From IMG/VR virus record IMGVR_UViG_3300030397_000466, positions 1-60,298 of that record: a DNA stretch of 60,298 nt; one strand, written 5' to 3'. Shown piece by piece: positions 28,501 to 38,825 of this stretch. Origin of the DNA: a virus. Its lineage: Duplodnaviria; Caudoviricetes. The notes under the pieces are model-generated. The model had not been told where the DNA came from. It was given only the letters and a program-made list of their open reading frames with translations, and ran no database searches. Within the stretch, counting starts at the first letter, position 1, and each line of letters opens with the position of its first letter. The position numbers were made by a program, and so were the translations under genes.

Positions 28501-31500
28501 CTTTTGCCATATATTCGAGAAACGCTTGCTCGGTGGTTATGGTGGCAAGCTTTCCGGTAATGGCAGAAAATAGCGCCTGACTGTTGTCACCAGCAACTTC
28601 ACCCAAGAAAAACTTGAGGTGTGGAACACCCTTCTCTCCCTTGGTTTTATTGTATGTATGCCATTCCTTGGCAAACAGCTTGTTGAGATTTTGAACAGAC
28701 TCGGGAGACAGATTGAAGTCACCAATCCCACCAGGGGTAACATACTTCTTGCCCTTGTATTCCTTGTTGATATACACATCTCTCTTAAGAGACAAGTAGA
28801 ACAGTCTGTTGGCTATGCCATTATTAATCTGATCATATTCGATAAAGTTCTGAGGTTCCATGTCGGGGTTCTTTTTAGTTCCCTGCAACTGAGTCTCTTC
28901 TAGCTCTTCAATGCGATTGACAGTAGTAGTTCCAGTTTGCCAGTCCTCGTCAAGAACTAATTGCAATCTAAATCTGTGATCAGGATGTCTTTTACCGCTT
29001 CCTTTAAAATACACTCTTACCTTTGATAAACCTTTCTGATAGAAGTCTTTCAATTTTTTAAGCACCCTCTGGTCTGATAGGTTAATATCCTTGCCTGCTT
29101 CTTTTTTAATTATAGTAGCAACAAGTCCAGAGAATGTAGCAATGTCATCAACATTGCCAAGATTGAGACTGGGATTGGCTTTTGCAACTTCATACATTTG
29201 ACGAAGAGCATCTTTACTCAGGTATACACCATATTCAGCAAAGAACGATTTCTCAAAAGAGGAAATTACATTCTCAACTTCCATGCTGCCATCACGATCG
29301 TCTGTCTCGGGTTCTTTGGACTCCTGTTCCATATAATACGTTGTAGCAGCAACATTCGTTCCAGAGTCTTTGCCTCTTACTCCACCAGTATCAACAACCA
29401 TGAAACCAGCATTCTCGTCCTCAGTAAAATTGGACGTAGACTCGGGCACATCATCAGTGGTGGCATCTTCAAAGCCTTGAATATCTATGTCTGGTGCAGG
29501 CTCAACAGTTTTGGACTCACTAAAGATTTCATTAATAACTTCAGACAAGACATTGTCATCGCTCTTTATACCAAGAACATCTTTGATAATGTCTAACAGT
29601 TCTTGCCAAACAGATTTGCCTGCCCTATACTCTACACCAGATAGCAGTTCTTGAAATGATGGACTACTTAAGGCGCCAGCTAAAAACTCTTCGGGGTTAC
29701 TCATCAAGTAGTGCGCCCTTGCACCAAGAACTTCTCCGGTGTCAAATCTACCATTGAACTCTTCAATCCAGCCAGGGCGGTTCTCGGCAAGCCAGTCACG
29801 TGTATGCTTGTGCAATGCCTTGATCTTTTTCTGAAACTTTTTGTCAGAGAAAAATCTATCATGGGTGATTAAGTGTGTAAGCTCATGCAAAACTACTTCA
29901 ACATCAAGGCCCTTGGGGCTTGGCATTTCAAATACATTCTGATTGAATGCCAGAATTTTGTGAATGCTATTATAGAATCCGGGAATTTCTTTTCCGTTAG
30001 GGCCAATCTTCCCATTATAATACAGAACACCATTGATCTTATTTTCAAGCTTCATGTCAAGAAACTTTTTGACTAGCAATCCAGCAGGGCCATCCTTGTC
30101 TAGCATTTCAAGAAGTATATCTTCACGAAGAGACTCAGGCTCAACCAGCTGAAAGTCTTCAGCATGATCTCTGAAGCCGGGCATGCTGTCAACTATCTCA
30201 TCAATCAGTATTTCATTTTTAATGCTTTCTTTTATACCATGAGCAGTTAACCTGCCATTTGCATCAAAGTCATAAGCATTGCCTGTAGCATATTCCACAA
30301 CTTCAACAAAATAATGAGCTAAGTCTGCATTGTGTTTTTTGTTGCCCTGATTTAAAAATTTATCCCACTCAGATTCAGCACGAGATTTTACATCCTCTAT
30401 GGTCTTAAGTTTTTCATCTTTAGGCAGGGCCCTAATCCTGGCACCCTCTTTTTTGGCTGCCTCAGTTTTTAGCCCTACTTCTTGAACGACGCTATCAGCG
30501 CCAGAATCTGCAACACTACTTCCTTCAGCTGCTTGAATATTTGCGGGAGCGTCTGGAAGATCGTCATCATCTTCGAGTAAAGCTGCTTGAGCCTGCTCGG
30601 CAGTGAGCTGTTTTCCCTTAACAGGCTTAGCACCTGTCTTAGAATCACCAGTATCCCCGACAGGGGCACTTTTCTTATTACTTCTAGTATCAGCCTTATA
30701 ATATTCATCTAGGTTCTCCACCCCTGTTAGGGCTCCAATTAATCTCAGATACCTGTCAGGGTTTTTATTTTTCTTAAAATCTTTTTTAGCTTCCTCAACA
30801 CTGGCCATATAATTACGAATCTCGGGAGATTGATAGCCATACTTCTCCCCCACAACTGCCAAGTGATCTTCAGCCAGCTGGCTTACCTTGTCAAGATCAA
30901 CAAACTTTCCAGTTCTCTTATTGCTAACCTTGGGAAGACTTGCTTTAGCTTTCGGGCTTTCAGGTAAATCAGTAGTAGCAGCAAGCTCTTTAGCCCCGAA
31001 TGCATCTTCTGCATCGAGTTGATATTCTGCCTGTGCCGGGCCAAAGCCCTCTACAAATCTAATCTTTCCACCAGTAGAGCCAAGGTTTTTGTCAAAGAAT
31101 ACAGTAGGCCTAGACTTGTTCCTTCTGGACCACTTCAACACATTAAAGATTAACTCTTCGTTCCATTCACCATTTTTCTTTAGCAAGTCTTCAGGTATAT
31201 TGGCTTCCTGGTATACAGAGCCCAATGCTGCAAGCACTTGCTTCTTTTCGTGACCAGGCAGTGCATTGTATTCTTTGTCGGCAGCGGTTGTTGCAGAGAA
31301 ATAATAGGCCAGCTTTTCTCTATTGCTTTTGCCAGGTATTCCACCAACAGCTTTTTCTTCAGGGTCGGCCATACGAGACACCGGACTACGCTCTTCTTTT
31401 TTAGGAGGCTCAGCAATGGCTTCTTCCAGTGTAGGCTTTTCAGGCTCTTTGGTGGGAGCTTTTTCTACTTTTGGTTTTTCCTTTGTAACAGGCTCAACAG

Positions 31501-32863
31501 GGGCAGACGACTCTTCGGTCGGTAAATCTGCTGAAGTCGATTGTGGTTGATCCTCAGGCGTTTCAGTGAGGGATTCCTCGGTCTTCTCAACCACCTCTTT
31601 TACTTTGGGACTTAAAGTTTCAAACTGTCCCTTGCCGACCTGCTCTACAAACTTGGCTTTCTGAAAACCATCGAGCTTCTTTAAGAACTCATTAAAAATT
31701 GTTGCTTTAACAGGATCATTTAAGTCATGGTCCTTGACAAGACCAAGATAAGCTTTAGCAGCCTTCTCCCCGTCCTTGCTAAACTGTTTGGCTACATTAG
31801 CTGCTCCAGAAGGGCCAGCACCGCCAAAAAGACCACCAGCAATAGATTGATGAAACTGAGGGTCCGAAACAGCTTCCTTGAACCATTCTCCGTCAATTTC
31901 ACGGTTGTCCACCTTATAGTCGATTATTCCTTTCTGGGAAAGAAACTGGACAGCTTCAGTTAAAGCCTCTGTTCCAGAGTCCAGTCCAGTAGCACCAATC
32001 ATGCCCTTAACCCTAGAGTATATGCCCAGGTTTTCCTGAGCGAGCCGACTGAATGCCTTGGTCGCAATTTCAGAGCTATTAGCAGCTCCTGCCTCAGTGG
32101 CCTCTCTTAAAAATTTAGCAGAGAAATCTCCAAAAGCATTCTTGCCAACCAAGCCCAGTGATTTTGTTACAGAGAAAGGAACGATAGATTCTAATGCACC
32201 GGCTATTACACCATACATTAGTCCAGATTCTGCTGCAAGTTCCTGTATCTTCTCTTCGGAATAGCCTTTCTTGCGAGCACGTTCTTCAGCTTCTCTGTAT
32301 GCGTCAGATGCTTCAAGTGCACCACCAGCAGCTGCGGATGCAGCAAATGCAGCTACAGGATTACCACCAGTTAATAAACCGGCAGTGGCACCAGCACCAA
32401 TAGTCACGGCCATAGAAGACGCGACAGATGATATCGTGGAGGAGAACATGGCGGGATTTGTAAAGAACTCGCCCCACTCAAATGGATTCTCTCCAGCCCA
32501 CTGTCTATAGTTAGACAGGGTTTTATCGTTTTGCATTTCCAGTTCTGCAAGATGCGATGCAGACTTATACCACTTTCTGGCTGATTCTTTAAGTTCGTCT
32601 GTTCCGCCAATAGCATCAGAGTATATATTGCCAAGTGCGGCAGCAGTTTGTTCACCTCTGAATACCTGCTCCCTGATAGGCTCAATAAAACCACCAACAA
32701 ACCCAGGGTTTTCTGCTGGCTCTCGCTTGAACTCTATTTTATCAAGAAACCCAGGGTTTGAGGCCTGGGTCACTTTTAAAATAGCATCATCAGATAAAGT
32801 TCTATACTTGTGCGGTAGCGAATCTCTTAATCTGTTTACAAAATCTTTTTTAGTAATCGGCAA
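25502..32863 (-). CDS. Giant ejection protein with zincin domain and two-barrel RNA polymerase motif (virion RNAP)
   Basis: HELTH...EEFLA (29873-29887); HRQP...EADHDGD (27092-27112); N-terminal G/A-rich hydrophobic region. Confidence 0.7.
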   Translation of the reverse strand: MPITKKDFVNRLRDSLPHKYRTLSDDAILKVTQASNPGFLDKIEFKREPAENPGFVGGFIEPIREQVFRGEQTAAALGNIYSDAIGGTDELKESARKWYKSASHLAELEMQNDKTLSNYRQWAGENPFEWGEFFTNPAMFSSTISSVASSMAVTIGAGATAGLLTGGNPVAAFAASAAAGGALEASDAYREAEERARKKGYSEEKIQELAAESGLMYGVIAGALESIVPFSVTKSLGLVGKNAFGDFSAKFLREATEAGAANSSEIATKAFSRLAQENLGIYSRVKGMIGATGLDSGTEALTEAVQFLSQKGIIDYKVDNREIDGEWFKEAVSDPQFHQSIAGGLFGGAGPSGAANVAKQFSKDGEKAAKAYLGLVKDHDLNDPVKATIFNEFLKKLDGFQKAKFVEQVGKGQFETLSPKVKEVVEKTEESLTETPEDQPQSTSADLPTEESSAPVEPVTKEKPKVEKAPTKEPEKPTLEEAIAEPPKKEERSPVSRMADPEEKAVGGIPGKSNREKLAYYFSATTAADKEYNALPGHEKKQVLAALGSVYQEANIPEDLLKKNGEWNEELIFNVLKWSRRNKSRPTVFFDKNLGSTGGKIRFVEGFGPAQAEYQLDAEDAFGAKELAATTDLPESPKAKASLPKVSNKRTGKFVDLDKVSQLAEDHLAVVGEKYGYQSPEIRNYMASVEEAKKDFKKNKNPDRYLRLIGALTGVENLDEYYKADTRSNKKSAPVGDTGDSKTGAKPVKGKQLTAEQAQAALLEDDDDLPDAPANIQAAEGSSVADSGADSVVQEVGLKTEAAKKEGARIRALPKDEKLKTIEDVKSRAESEWDKFLNQGNKKHNADLAHYFVEVVEYATGNAYDFDANGRLTAHGIKESIKNEILIDEIVDSMPGFRDHAEDFQLVEPESLREDILLEMLDKDGPAGLLVKKFLDMKLENKINGVLYYNGKIGPNGKEIPGFYNSIHKILAFNQNVFEMPSPKGLDVEVVLHELTHLITHDRFFSDKKFQKKIKALHKHTRDWLAENRPGWIEEFNGRFDTGEVLGARAHYLMSNPEEFLAGALSSPSFQELLSGVEYRAGKSVWQELLDIIKDVLGIKSDDNVLSEVINEIFSESKTVEPAPDIDIQGFEDATTDDVPESTSNFTEDENAGFMVVDTGGVRGKDSGTNVAATTYYMEQESKEPETDDRDGSMEVENVISSFEKSFFAEYGVYLSKDALRQMYEVAKANPSLNLGNVDDIATFSGLVATIIKKEAGKDINLSDQRVLKKLKDFYQKGLSKVRVYFKGSGKRHPDHRFRLQLVLDEDWQTGTTTVNRIEELEETQLQGTKKNPDMEPQNFIEYDQINNGIANRLFYLSLKRDVYINKEYKGKKYVTPGGIGDFNLSPESVQNLNKLFAKEWHTYNKTKGEKGVPHLKFFLGEVAGDNSQALFSAITGKLATITTEQAFLEYMAKEVAAGTIPSVKVLKEMANDIRPLARSNPYAWAQAIGWHAKMKSIKGNGYLAPKRYKSVSDFFKRLKLDLGKGWVPVGSGPTKMMVVNANEVEFFHNGTKFEHMRNAEDSAHDGWMMTSAKLMDRWAKVSGVRGNPRVWKTVIRHLDPDNRTDYIAAKMLEMVPFKNTEVRKDGKRIAIYKNGTWRDANGKEFDRLATNDEVKDSFGALSAKYEILPELPESSTRVLFVGEKSSKRAANPVAGYELTLSKGFMENSEAAREYLKTLTSYINRTARKYSDFVFGLKNRPQDVEKLIKKHSNPDEVPTDLQAAFKASPKAAYLYQYATQMLNTLQRSVIIDKMFKMRRYNDGLGTKLYLKPAGPIQFKDNKSVVISGDNATAMNMVSTHMVENGAIDPEVLESMDVPTKIATYNKYLAENDVWVLIHRQPIQSFAKVQPRKIQYFTNPGEHGQVVFMTKEDVFQLHEADHDGDSVHIEYFNKEDAPVLDAMNNMIQDPEFAKKDKTVNLSLFLKGVLGNRIHSASERLARLANNTKSLNSQGVIVNAKTALATMAYKDISGVIEIKEGPKNKKVSRDIKFEVYQPEEPTIMDYWSIDTKYLDTEDGKKFLKQLLQEGDSIETVGSKAYLKTTKEHEFSIMLQAAVDNEKFGLIGSLDFATRDGRAMSFTDFVMTRMFKRPDLGKNPVPGAWTSTELQAVKKVYEEFKYSADRKGMINGKNVSIDNIIKRSYEIGSRYFTLPNKDGVISLKPVKEVASNLRDGINNRLNSNRAVLKSLNANNKVTPIEYLMSNLGLSAKRQNLNNMENGISLTDNPIIMDKDFSYWAAHADAVQAMEPFLIEQPGAETKESVSGLKFGDEMYGAFNGVFAKMMKDLESKNLTKQELRELGFKLDYNEIMRKEFLEVWFPKWEALSDMEQRWATIRILTGPTFSRGDGKRSKVAKLKTIPPAWMMHPEVLAEYANGYYDNLYKARRETSIGKDDVRLATFGKILNRIEGRAYCG

Positions 32864-32865
32864 GA

Positions 32866-34317
32866 CTATTTTCCTTCAATGAGATTTTTAAGTTGAAGAA
32901 TTGCATTATCCCCGCCATAAACCATCAGCTCCAAAAGCTTGTTTGGGGGAGAGTGCTGGAAGCCACCCTTTACGGCTGACCAGATATTCTTTCCATAGCT
33001 TAACTCTGGATAGGGGCCAATCGGACCATACCCTGTAGACTTGAGTGCATTTACAAGAAATTCACCTCTGGCATCCGACAACGCATCCTTTGCCGCAAGA
33101 GACTCTTCTTCTTGTTCGAGCAGGAGCTCTGCCTGTCGTTTGATTAGCCGTTGCATTGCCTGTGGATCGTTAATAGCTCTTACGGCGTCTAATTCATCCT
33201 GATACTCTTGTAGGGTTTGGTAGCCACGAATCAGATCACCAGCATATTCCTTGTGCTCTCTGTTCTCACCATTGAATGGCCAGGGCCAGCTGCTGTAGTC
33301 CATGTTTCCGACCAGTGAAGGCACATCTTTGGATACCGCCCTCATTAAATCGTTGGCCACAGATAAAGCACCTTCAGTGTCGCCTTGATTTCTGAGCTTC
33401 TTATACTCAGACATTAAGGACTGATACTTTTCAGGTATGGCACTGTCATTATACTTTGTAGCCATTTCAACTAAGTTTCCCGCTAGGGCATTCATACCCT
33501 CAGATAGATTAGTAGCACCAGAATCTACGTCTGGCATCATAAACCCACCATCTGTAATTTCAAACTCTCTATTAGTGTCTTCAAGCTTGCTTTTGAGCTG
33601 ACGATAACGAGATATAACATCCTTACGTAAAACATCTAAATTTGGACCAGAACCAGAAGTTTTTTTCTGGTTAGCCATTTTACGACGAAGTTGAAAGTTT
33701 CGCTCTTTGTCAAGCTGGTCAAAGGTTCCGCTCATAAGCTCTTGAAATTTTGCTTTAATGCCAGCTATCTCATCTTGACTTACCGGGGCGCCACGATCCT
33801 TGGCCATTTGATTGATTAGTTGAGCCATTTCGCTCTCGCTTACTACCGCCTGGTCTCTTAGTGTTTTGCTCGGGTCTAGTTGTCTTGCAGTTTCATATTT
33901 ATCAAGAGCTTGATTGTATCCAGTATAATACTCTTGGGCACGCCCCAGGAGAGCTTGCCTGCGTTCGGCCAGGGAGTTAATCTCACTAAGCATCGAATCA
34001 CGATCTGAGGCCATTCTCGTGCGCTCTGCATCCACTATAGAGCCAGCATCTGTTACCTCACCAGTGCTTGCAGATATATTGTCTACCCTTTTCTGAACAC
34101 CAGATAGCTTTGCAAAGTCTCTTTCCATTCGAAAGACTTCATCTTGCATAGCTCCCAATCTTCTATTAACTCTATCGAGTTCACGTTCATCTGATTGCAC
34201 TCTGAGGCTGAGCAACTGCATAGCACGACCTTCATCACGCTGAGCTTTGTTGGCCTGCTTATCGATAATACTATTGAGCAAACCAATGGTTTGCAATGTT
34301 CCTCTGTCTACTGCCAT
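32866..34317 (-). CDS. Internal virion/ejection protein
   Basis: Coiled-coil rich, position. Confidence 0.55.
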   Translation of the reverse strand: MAVDRGTLQTIGLLNSIIDKQANKAQRDEGRAMQLLSLRVQSDERELDRVNRRLGAMQDEVFRMERDFAKLSGVQKRVDNISASTGEVTDAGSIVDAERTRMASDRDSMLSEINSLAERRQALLGRAQEYYTGYNQALDKYETARQLDPSKTLRDQAVVSESEMAQLINQMAKDRGAPVSQDEIAGIKAKFQELMSGTFDQLDKERNFQLRRKMANQKKTSGSGPNLDVLRKDVISRYRQLKSKLEDTNREFEITDGGFMMPDVDSGATNLSEGMNALAGNLVEMATKYNDSAIPEKYQSLMSEYKKLRNQGDTEGALSVANDLMRAVSKDVPSLVGNMDYSSWPWPFNGENREHKEYAGDLIRGYQTLQEYQDELDAVRAINDPQAMQRLIKRQAELLLEQEEESLAAKDALSDARGEFLVNALKSTGYGPIGPYPELSYGKNIWSAVKGGFQHSPPNKLLELMVYGGDNAILQLKNLIEGK

Positions 34318-34330
34318 TATTTAGCCTTTC

Positions 34331-34843
34331 TTAAAACAAGCCCAAAAATTTCTGTTTAGATTGCTGGTCAAACATTTTCTCTTGACCTTTGAGTTCTGAC
34401 ATTTTAACATCCAGGTTCGCCTGGTCTCTGGCTACACCTTGATCGATAGATAGCTTGTCCTCGGTAAATCTATCATACAAAGAATCCTGAGAATTGCTAA
34501 ACGATCTACGAGCAAACTTGTCGTTGACAGCTTGATTGCGTTCAACCGTTCCGGAAAAAGCCATACCTGCTTTTTGTGTCGCAGCATTGGCTGCTTCATT
34601 AGACTTGAACAATCCCTCGTTTACTCTATCCATCAAAGACTTAACCTGGTTGCCATATACATTTGTGGCAAACTCTTTGCGAAGCTTGCCAAGCTCATTA
34701 ATCTGCTCTCGCTGTTCACCAATCCTACGCATCTGATCCTGGACATTGGCCTTCTGTCTGCGACCATGCTGTCTGTTCTTACCGGCACCAGTAATACCTT
34801 CATACAGGGTAACACCGAGCCCTATTGCTGCAAATAAACCCAT
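34331..34843 (-). CDS. Internal virion protein
   Basis: Hydrophobic G/A N-terminus and Q-rich helix, as in podovirus ejection proteins. Confidence 0.55.
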   Translation of the reverse strand: MGLFAAIGLGVTLYEGITGAGKNRQHGRRQKANVQDQMRRIGEQREQINELGKLRKEFATNVYGNQVKSLMDRVNEGLFKSNEAANAATQKAGMAFSGTVERNQAVNDKFARRSFSNSQDSLYDRFTEDKLSIDQGVARDQANLDVKMSELKGQEKMFDQQSKQKFLGLF

Positions 34844-35235
34844 TAGTATCCCCTTATAGCTTTAAGAAGGTTCTGCTCACCTTGATAATCGTCATATGCT
34901 TTAAGGCCAAGGATGTGCTCACGCCCATACTGTTTGCCTTCCATCATAAACTTAGGATTCCCAAACCAGTTAGTAAACTTGTTAGACTGTGTAGTAAAGC
35001 CCTTGCCTTCTGCGTAATCAATCAGTTTTCTATTGTCTTTATACATATCATACAAGCTTGCACCCGCATTGAGTAGTCCGCCAAGAGCTGCAAAATTGTT
35101 TGATCTGTTTTGCATCTTTTGCTGATGTGCTCTATCTTCATACTGAAGATTAACACCAAGGGAGCGAAGCTTGCCATCTGTGGATGCTACCTTTTGCTGA
35201 GCACTGGCAAGTTTTGAATATAAAGTATTTGCCAT
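34843..35235 (-). CDS. Putative internal virion protein
   Basis: Position, coupling. Confidence 0.5.
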   Translation of the reverse strand: MANTLYSKLASAQQKVASTDGKLRSLGVNLQYEDRAHQQKMQNRSNNFAALGGLLNAGASLYDMYKDNRKLIDYAEGKGFTTQSNKFTNWFGNPKFMMEGKQYGREHILGLKAYDDYQGEQNLLKAIRGY

Positions 35236-35246
35236 TTTTTTTTCTC

Positions 35247-35456
35247 CTAGGCCCGAGTAAATGCAACTTTGTATAAACTGTTTTTAATTCTTACATACAT
35301 GCATACACCAACTCCGGCAACGTCTCGAACTTTTATTTCGCCTTCTTTTATATCATTCAATCTAAGCTCTCCGCCGGAGTCAAAGCTTATATCAATACCT
35401 TTGCTGTGCTGCAACCTCTTTACCAGCGAAAAAACTTCTGATCTTGGTAAGTTCAT
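35247..35456 (-). CDS. Small tail-associated protein
   Basis: Coupled to tail nozzle gene. Confidence 0.5.
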   Translation of the reverse strand: MNLPRSEVFSLVKRLQHSKGIDISFDSGGELRLNDIKEGEIKVRDVAGVGVCMYVRIKNSLYKVAFTRA

Positions 35457-37819
35457 TATCTTACTCCAAGCACTCTATAGATTATTTGTATTCCATCAAT
35501 TTCAAAATCTGAGCCAACAGCCGCACTTGAATCTATCACTACACCAAACGAATCTACGTTTCTGGATGCAGTAGAACTTGCTACAGTCATTTCAGTTACT
35601 ACAAAGGTAGAAGCGTCGGGCAAGACAGGCGGGCTGAAGGCCAACAAGTCCGATGTGCCATCAACCCTGTATCTCACCCTGACGTTTCCATCAGAATTTT
35701 TATGTCTTATATACAGAGTATAGATGCTCTTCTTAGTTCCAGGCAATCCAAAGTCAAGGTCTCCTGTCTCTAGGTATAGACTAGTAGTGGATGTAGTAGA
35801 AGAAGAATTCCATCGTTCTATGTTTAAATCTTGCCCATCTAGTATGATAGCCTGATTAGAACTATTCACATCCCAGTTGGTCAATGTGTGTGTAGCAGCA
35901 GTAGAGCCTAGCTTCGCGATGCCCTTAGTCCACAGACCATCTTCGATCTCATAGATTAGCATATCTTGAGCTGCCGCACCTGTGCTTCCAGCAGTAACAA
36001 GTATCTTCTTGTCTAGTGGGTCATACCCCAATACAGGCTTGGCCGTAAGGAATGCATTCCAGTTGGCAAGAGATATCTTGCGCTTAGAAGGATCACGATT
36101 GTCAAGCAATAGGTCAACTATACGATTGCCATCAAACACATAGCAACCCTTAGTGTTGGCCCATACCACTCCAAAGTCTGTTCTCACAACCTGTGCAGGG
36201 GTTGCCACACCTAAATAGTCATATTGACCTTCAAGAAATTCTATACCCTGGGCAATGTTAATTATATTCAGGTTTCTTCCCTTGAACTCAAGAATGCGAT
36301 CTGCATACTCCTCCAGCTTAACTATGGACTGACCATCACCCTTGACAGCTTCAAGTCTGTTCTCTGGTATAATAGTGTCGAAAGAGTTGGGTATAGACTT
36401 GAATATTGCATCGCCATATACTGTGCCATCATGCTTAACATTGCCATAGTAGGCAGTTCTATTGGTCACTACAGCTGTTTTATACTTGCCAATTCTCTCA
36501 ACATTAATATCAGTGATGCCAGTAAGAGAATTAAACGTATCAGGTTGTAAACCATAGCTTGTTACAAAAACTCTTAGATACTGCAATGCAGTAGATATAT
36601 TAGTAGACGCACGCGTAGGCGTGTATGTAGTAAATCCGCCAGGGTCACTGTTTGTCAGACTTACATATCCACCAGTTTTAAAGTCAAAGGTTGCAACATA
36701 AGACCAGTCATCTTCGTCTGCCACTCTCCCATACAGCCTCATTCCTTTGATGTCTGGATCGATAGGTCCAGTAACCATTAAGTTGAATCCAAGCTTGTAT
36801 GGTGCAGTCTTCGTATTGTTTGTTAGAGCTATAGAGAATGTTGACTCACCAGGATTAGACTCTCTACCATCCGTATACAAGTTAGTGAAAGCCATATCGT
36901 ATGTGGCACTTAGATATGTGCCATCATTAGTAAGCTCTGTGTCTCCATACAGTAACCAATTGAGTATTACATCGCCAGCAGTATTGCCAAACATTACTAC
37001 ACCAGCAGATGCCCAATCATTACCACCGCTTAGATCATCAGTGACCAATGCAGTGCTACCGGTTCTGGTTAGCACTCTTGCAACCTCGCTACTACCCACA
37101 TGCAATGCAAGCAGGTTTGTGGCAGGACTTGGGAATGCTAAAGCCGAGTAATAATCCAAACTTGTGGTCATTAACAAGTTGGATGTAGAGCCATTAGAAC
37201 TTGCTGTTTGAATCAGTGTATTTGATATAGTTATAGAACTAGTCGGAGACGTTGTTCCGAATGCTGATACATACCACTTGCCCAGTGTTTCTTCGTAGGT
37301 AGTTCCTTCCCATCTTGTCTGTTGAATATAGGAAAGAGTCTGGTTGGTAGTCTTGGTTGTATCAAGATTGCCATCACCTATGTATAGGGTGTTGTCTACA
37401 GCAAATACAACAGGGTAGAACGGAGTTGTGTCTCCAGTAGCAATAGTTAGATATGCTACGCCAGAGGTAGTAGATATAGCTACACCTGACTCGTTGAGCA
37501 CTTCAACTACTTTGTTGTTGCTACCATCTTTTCCAGCTATTACAGTATAGGCTGTAGGCGACAGGTTGCCTGTAGAGCCGAAGTCCGACTCAAAGGTGTA
37601 TAACCCATAGCCTGGCTCTATAGTCGTAACCTGAGTGATCTTCGAGGACCAGTCAGGGCTTGTGATGGTTTCCATACTGCCAAGAACCTTGATAGAGCCT
37701 TCCTTGCCCAGGTCTACGTCATCAGCCCTCTGGAACTCGCCAGGGTTGAGATTGCGACCAGTGGGGTCGTCTACAAGTCCGCCAGAAAAGTTTTCTATTA
37801 ATACTTGCTGTTTAGGCAT
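35456..37819 (-). CDS. Tail nozzle/stabilisation protein (P22 gp10/T7 gp12-like)
   Basis: NFSGGL start, beta-rich, TGDLDFG..GTKK C-terminus. Confidence 0.7.
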   Translation of the reverse strand: MPKQQVLIENFSGGLVDDPTGRNLNPGEFQRADDVDLGKEGSIKVLGSMETITSPDWSSKITQVTTIEPGYGLYTFESDFGSTGNLSPTAYTVIAGKDGSNNKVVEVLNESGVAISTTSGVAYLTIATGDTTPFYPVVFAVDNTLYIGDGNLDTTKTTNQTLSYIQQTRWEGTTYEETLGKWYVSAFGTTSPTSSITISNTLIQTASSNGSTSNLLMTTSLDYYSALAFPSPATNLLALHVGSSEVARVLTRTGSTALVTDDLSGGNDWASAGVVMFGNTAGDVILNWLLYGDTELTNDGTYLSATYDMAFTNLYTDGRESNPGESTFSIALTNNTKTAPYKLGFNLMVTGPIDPDIKGMRLYGRVADEDDWSYVATFDFKTGGYVSLTNSDPGGFTTYTPTRASTNISTALQYLRVFVTSYGLQPDTFNSLTGITDINVERIGKYKTAVVTNRTAYYGNVKHDGTVYGDAIFKSIPNSFDTIIPENRLEAVKGDGQSIVKLEEYADRILEFKGRNLNIINIAQGIEFLEGQYDYLGVATPAQVVRTDFGVVWANTKGCYVFDGNRIVDLLLDNRDPSKRKISLANWNAFLTAKPVLGYDPLDKKILVTAGSTGAAAQDMLIYEIEDGLWTKGIAKLGSTAATHTLTNWDVNSSNQAIILDGQDLNIERWNSSSTTSTTSLYLETGDLDFGLPGTKKSIYTLYIRHKNSDGNVRVRYRVDGTSDLLAFSPPVLPDASTFVVTEMTVASSTASRNVDSFGVVIDSSAAVGSDFEIDGIQIIYRVLGVR

Positions 37820-38349
37820 TATTGCATTCCTACTTCAATAAATTGGTTTAGTTTGTCGCCAGTTCCAATAACTATAATAAAACGCATAGAGTCCCCAACT
37901 GCGTTGCTGTTAAAGTTAGCTGCCGGGAAATAAAGATTCGATCCACCAGTATTGACCAATGAGCGTGCAAGCGTATCAGCCTTGCCATCAGCGCCTACAG
38001 AGTAGGTATACCAAGTGTCATTGATTTTAATCTGCGGAATAACTGTCATACAGCTATCGGATTCGCTGGCACCAGTAGTGCTTGTAGTGTCTGTCTGAAT
38101 ACCAAGAGTGATAGCACCACGAAACATGCTAACCGGGAATGCGTTAGTTGTGTCACGAGTTGTAAACTGCTTCTTTGCACCAGCATCACTATATATAACA
38201 AACTTGCCATACTTCTGCGTAGCGGCTGAGCTGAAGCCCTGTGCTTGGTAGTAATTGGGTGTTTGCAATAGGTTCAAAGAGGATGTTACTCCACGAACGG
38301 CTAGTAGGCCAACAATAGCTATACCAATCCATTTAAGAATATTCTTCAT
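37819..38349 (-). CDS. Late protein with N-terminal signal/TM
   Basis: MKNILKWIGIAIVGLLAV. Confidence 0.6.
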   Translation of the reverse strand: MKNILKWIGIAIVGLLAVRGVTSSLNLLQTPNYYQAQGFSSAATQKYGKFVIYSDAGAKKQFTTRDTTNAFPVSMFRGAITLGIQTDTTSTTGASESDSCMTVIPQIKINDTWYTYSVGADGKADTLARSLVNTGGSNLYFPAANFNSNAVGDSMRFIIVIGTGDKLNQFIEVGMQ

Positions 38350-38825
38350 TACTTATCCTTACTTTTGTTTTCTAGTTCGATAACCCTTGCTACGAGGTGC
38401 GCCTCTCTAACTTTAAGGGCTTCATGATCTACTAATAGATCGTTATACTTCTTGGTGATGGCTTCCTTCTCTTCTTGAAGGGCCTCAATTTGTGTTCTCT
38501 GTTTTGCGGTTTCATCCTCTAAAACCAGCAACTTTGTCTGCAACTCCCCAAACTTTACGAATAACTCCGCTGTCGCCTTCCTTGACTCGTCTAGTTGTTG
38601 GGTAAGATTGATAGCGTATTGTTCAGCTGCTTCAGTAAGAGAAATTTGAATGTTGGCATTTGAGCCTCTTCTCCCGAAGATGCTCTTGATCAGCTGAAGT
38701 CCAACGCCACCACCCAGTAAACCCACAGCCAGAGTAACGAAGTCGAAATTCTCCACGTTTACTCCTTCAGGTGTAGGGGGCATAAAGCCCCCAACTATTA
38801 GTTTTGTATTATCTGAGTTCATCAT
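38349..38825 (-). CDS. TM plus coiled-coil protein (lysis candidate)
   Basis: VTLAVGLLGGGVGL followed by heptad repeats. Confidence 0.5.
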   Translation of the reverse strand: MMNSDNTKLIVGGFMPPTPEGVNVENFDFVTLAVGLLGGGVGLQLIKSIFGRRGSNANIQISLTEAAEQYAINLTQQLDESRKATAELFVKFGELQTKLLVLEDETAKQRTQIEALQEEKEAITKKYNDLLVDHEALKVREAHLVARVIELENKSKDK

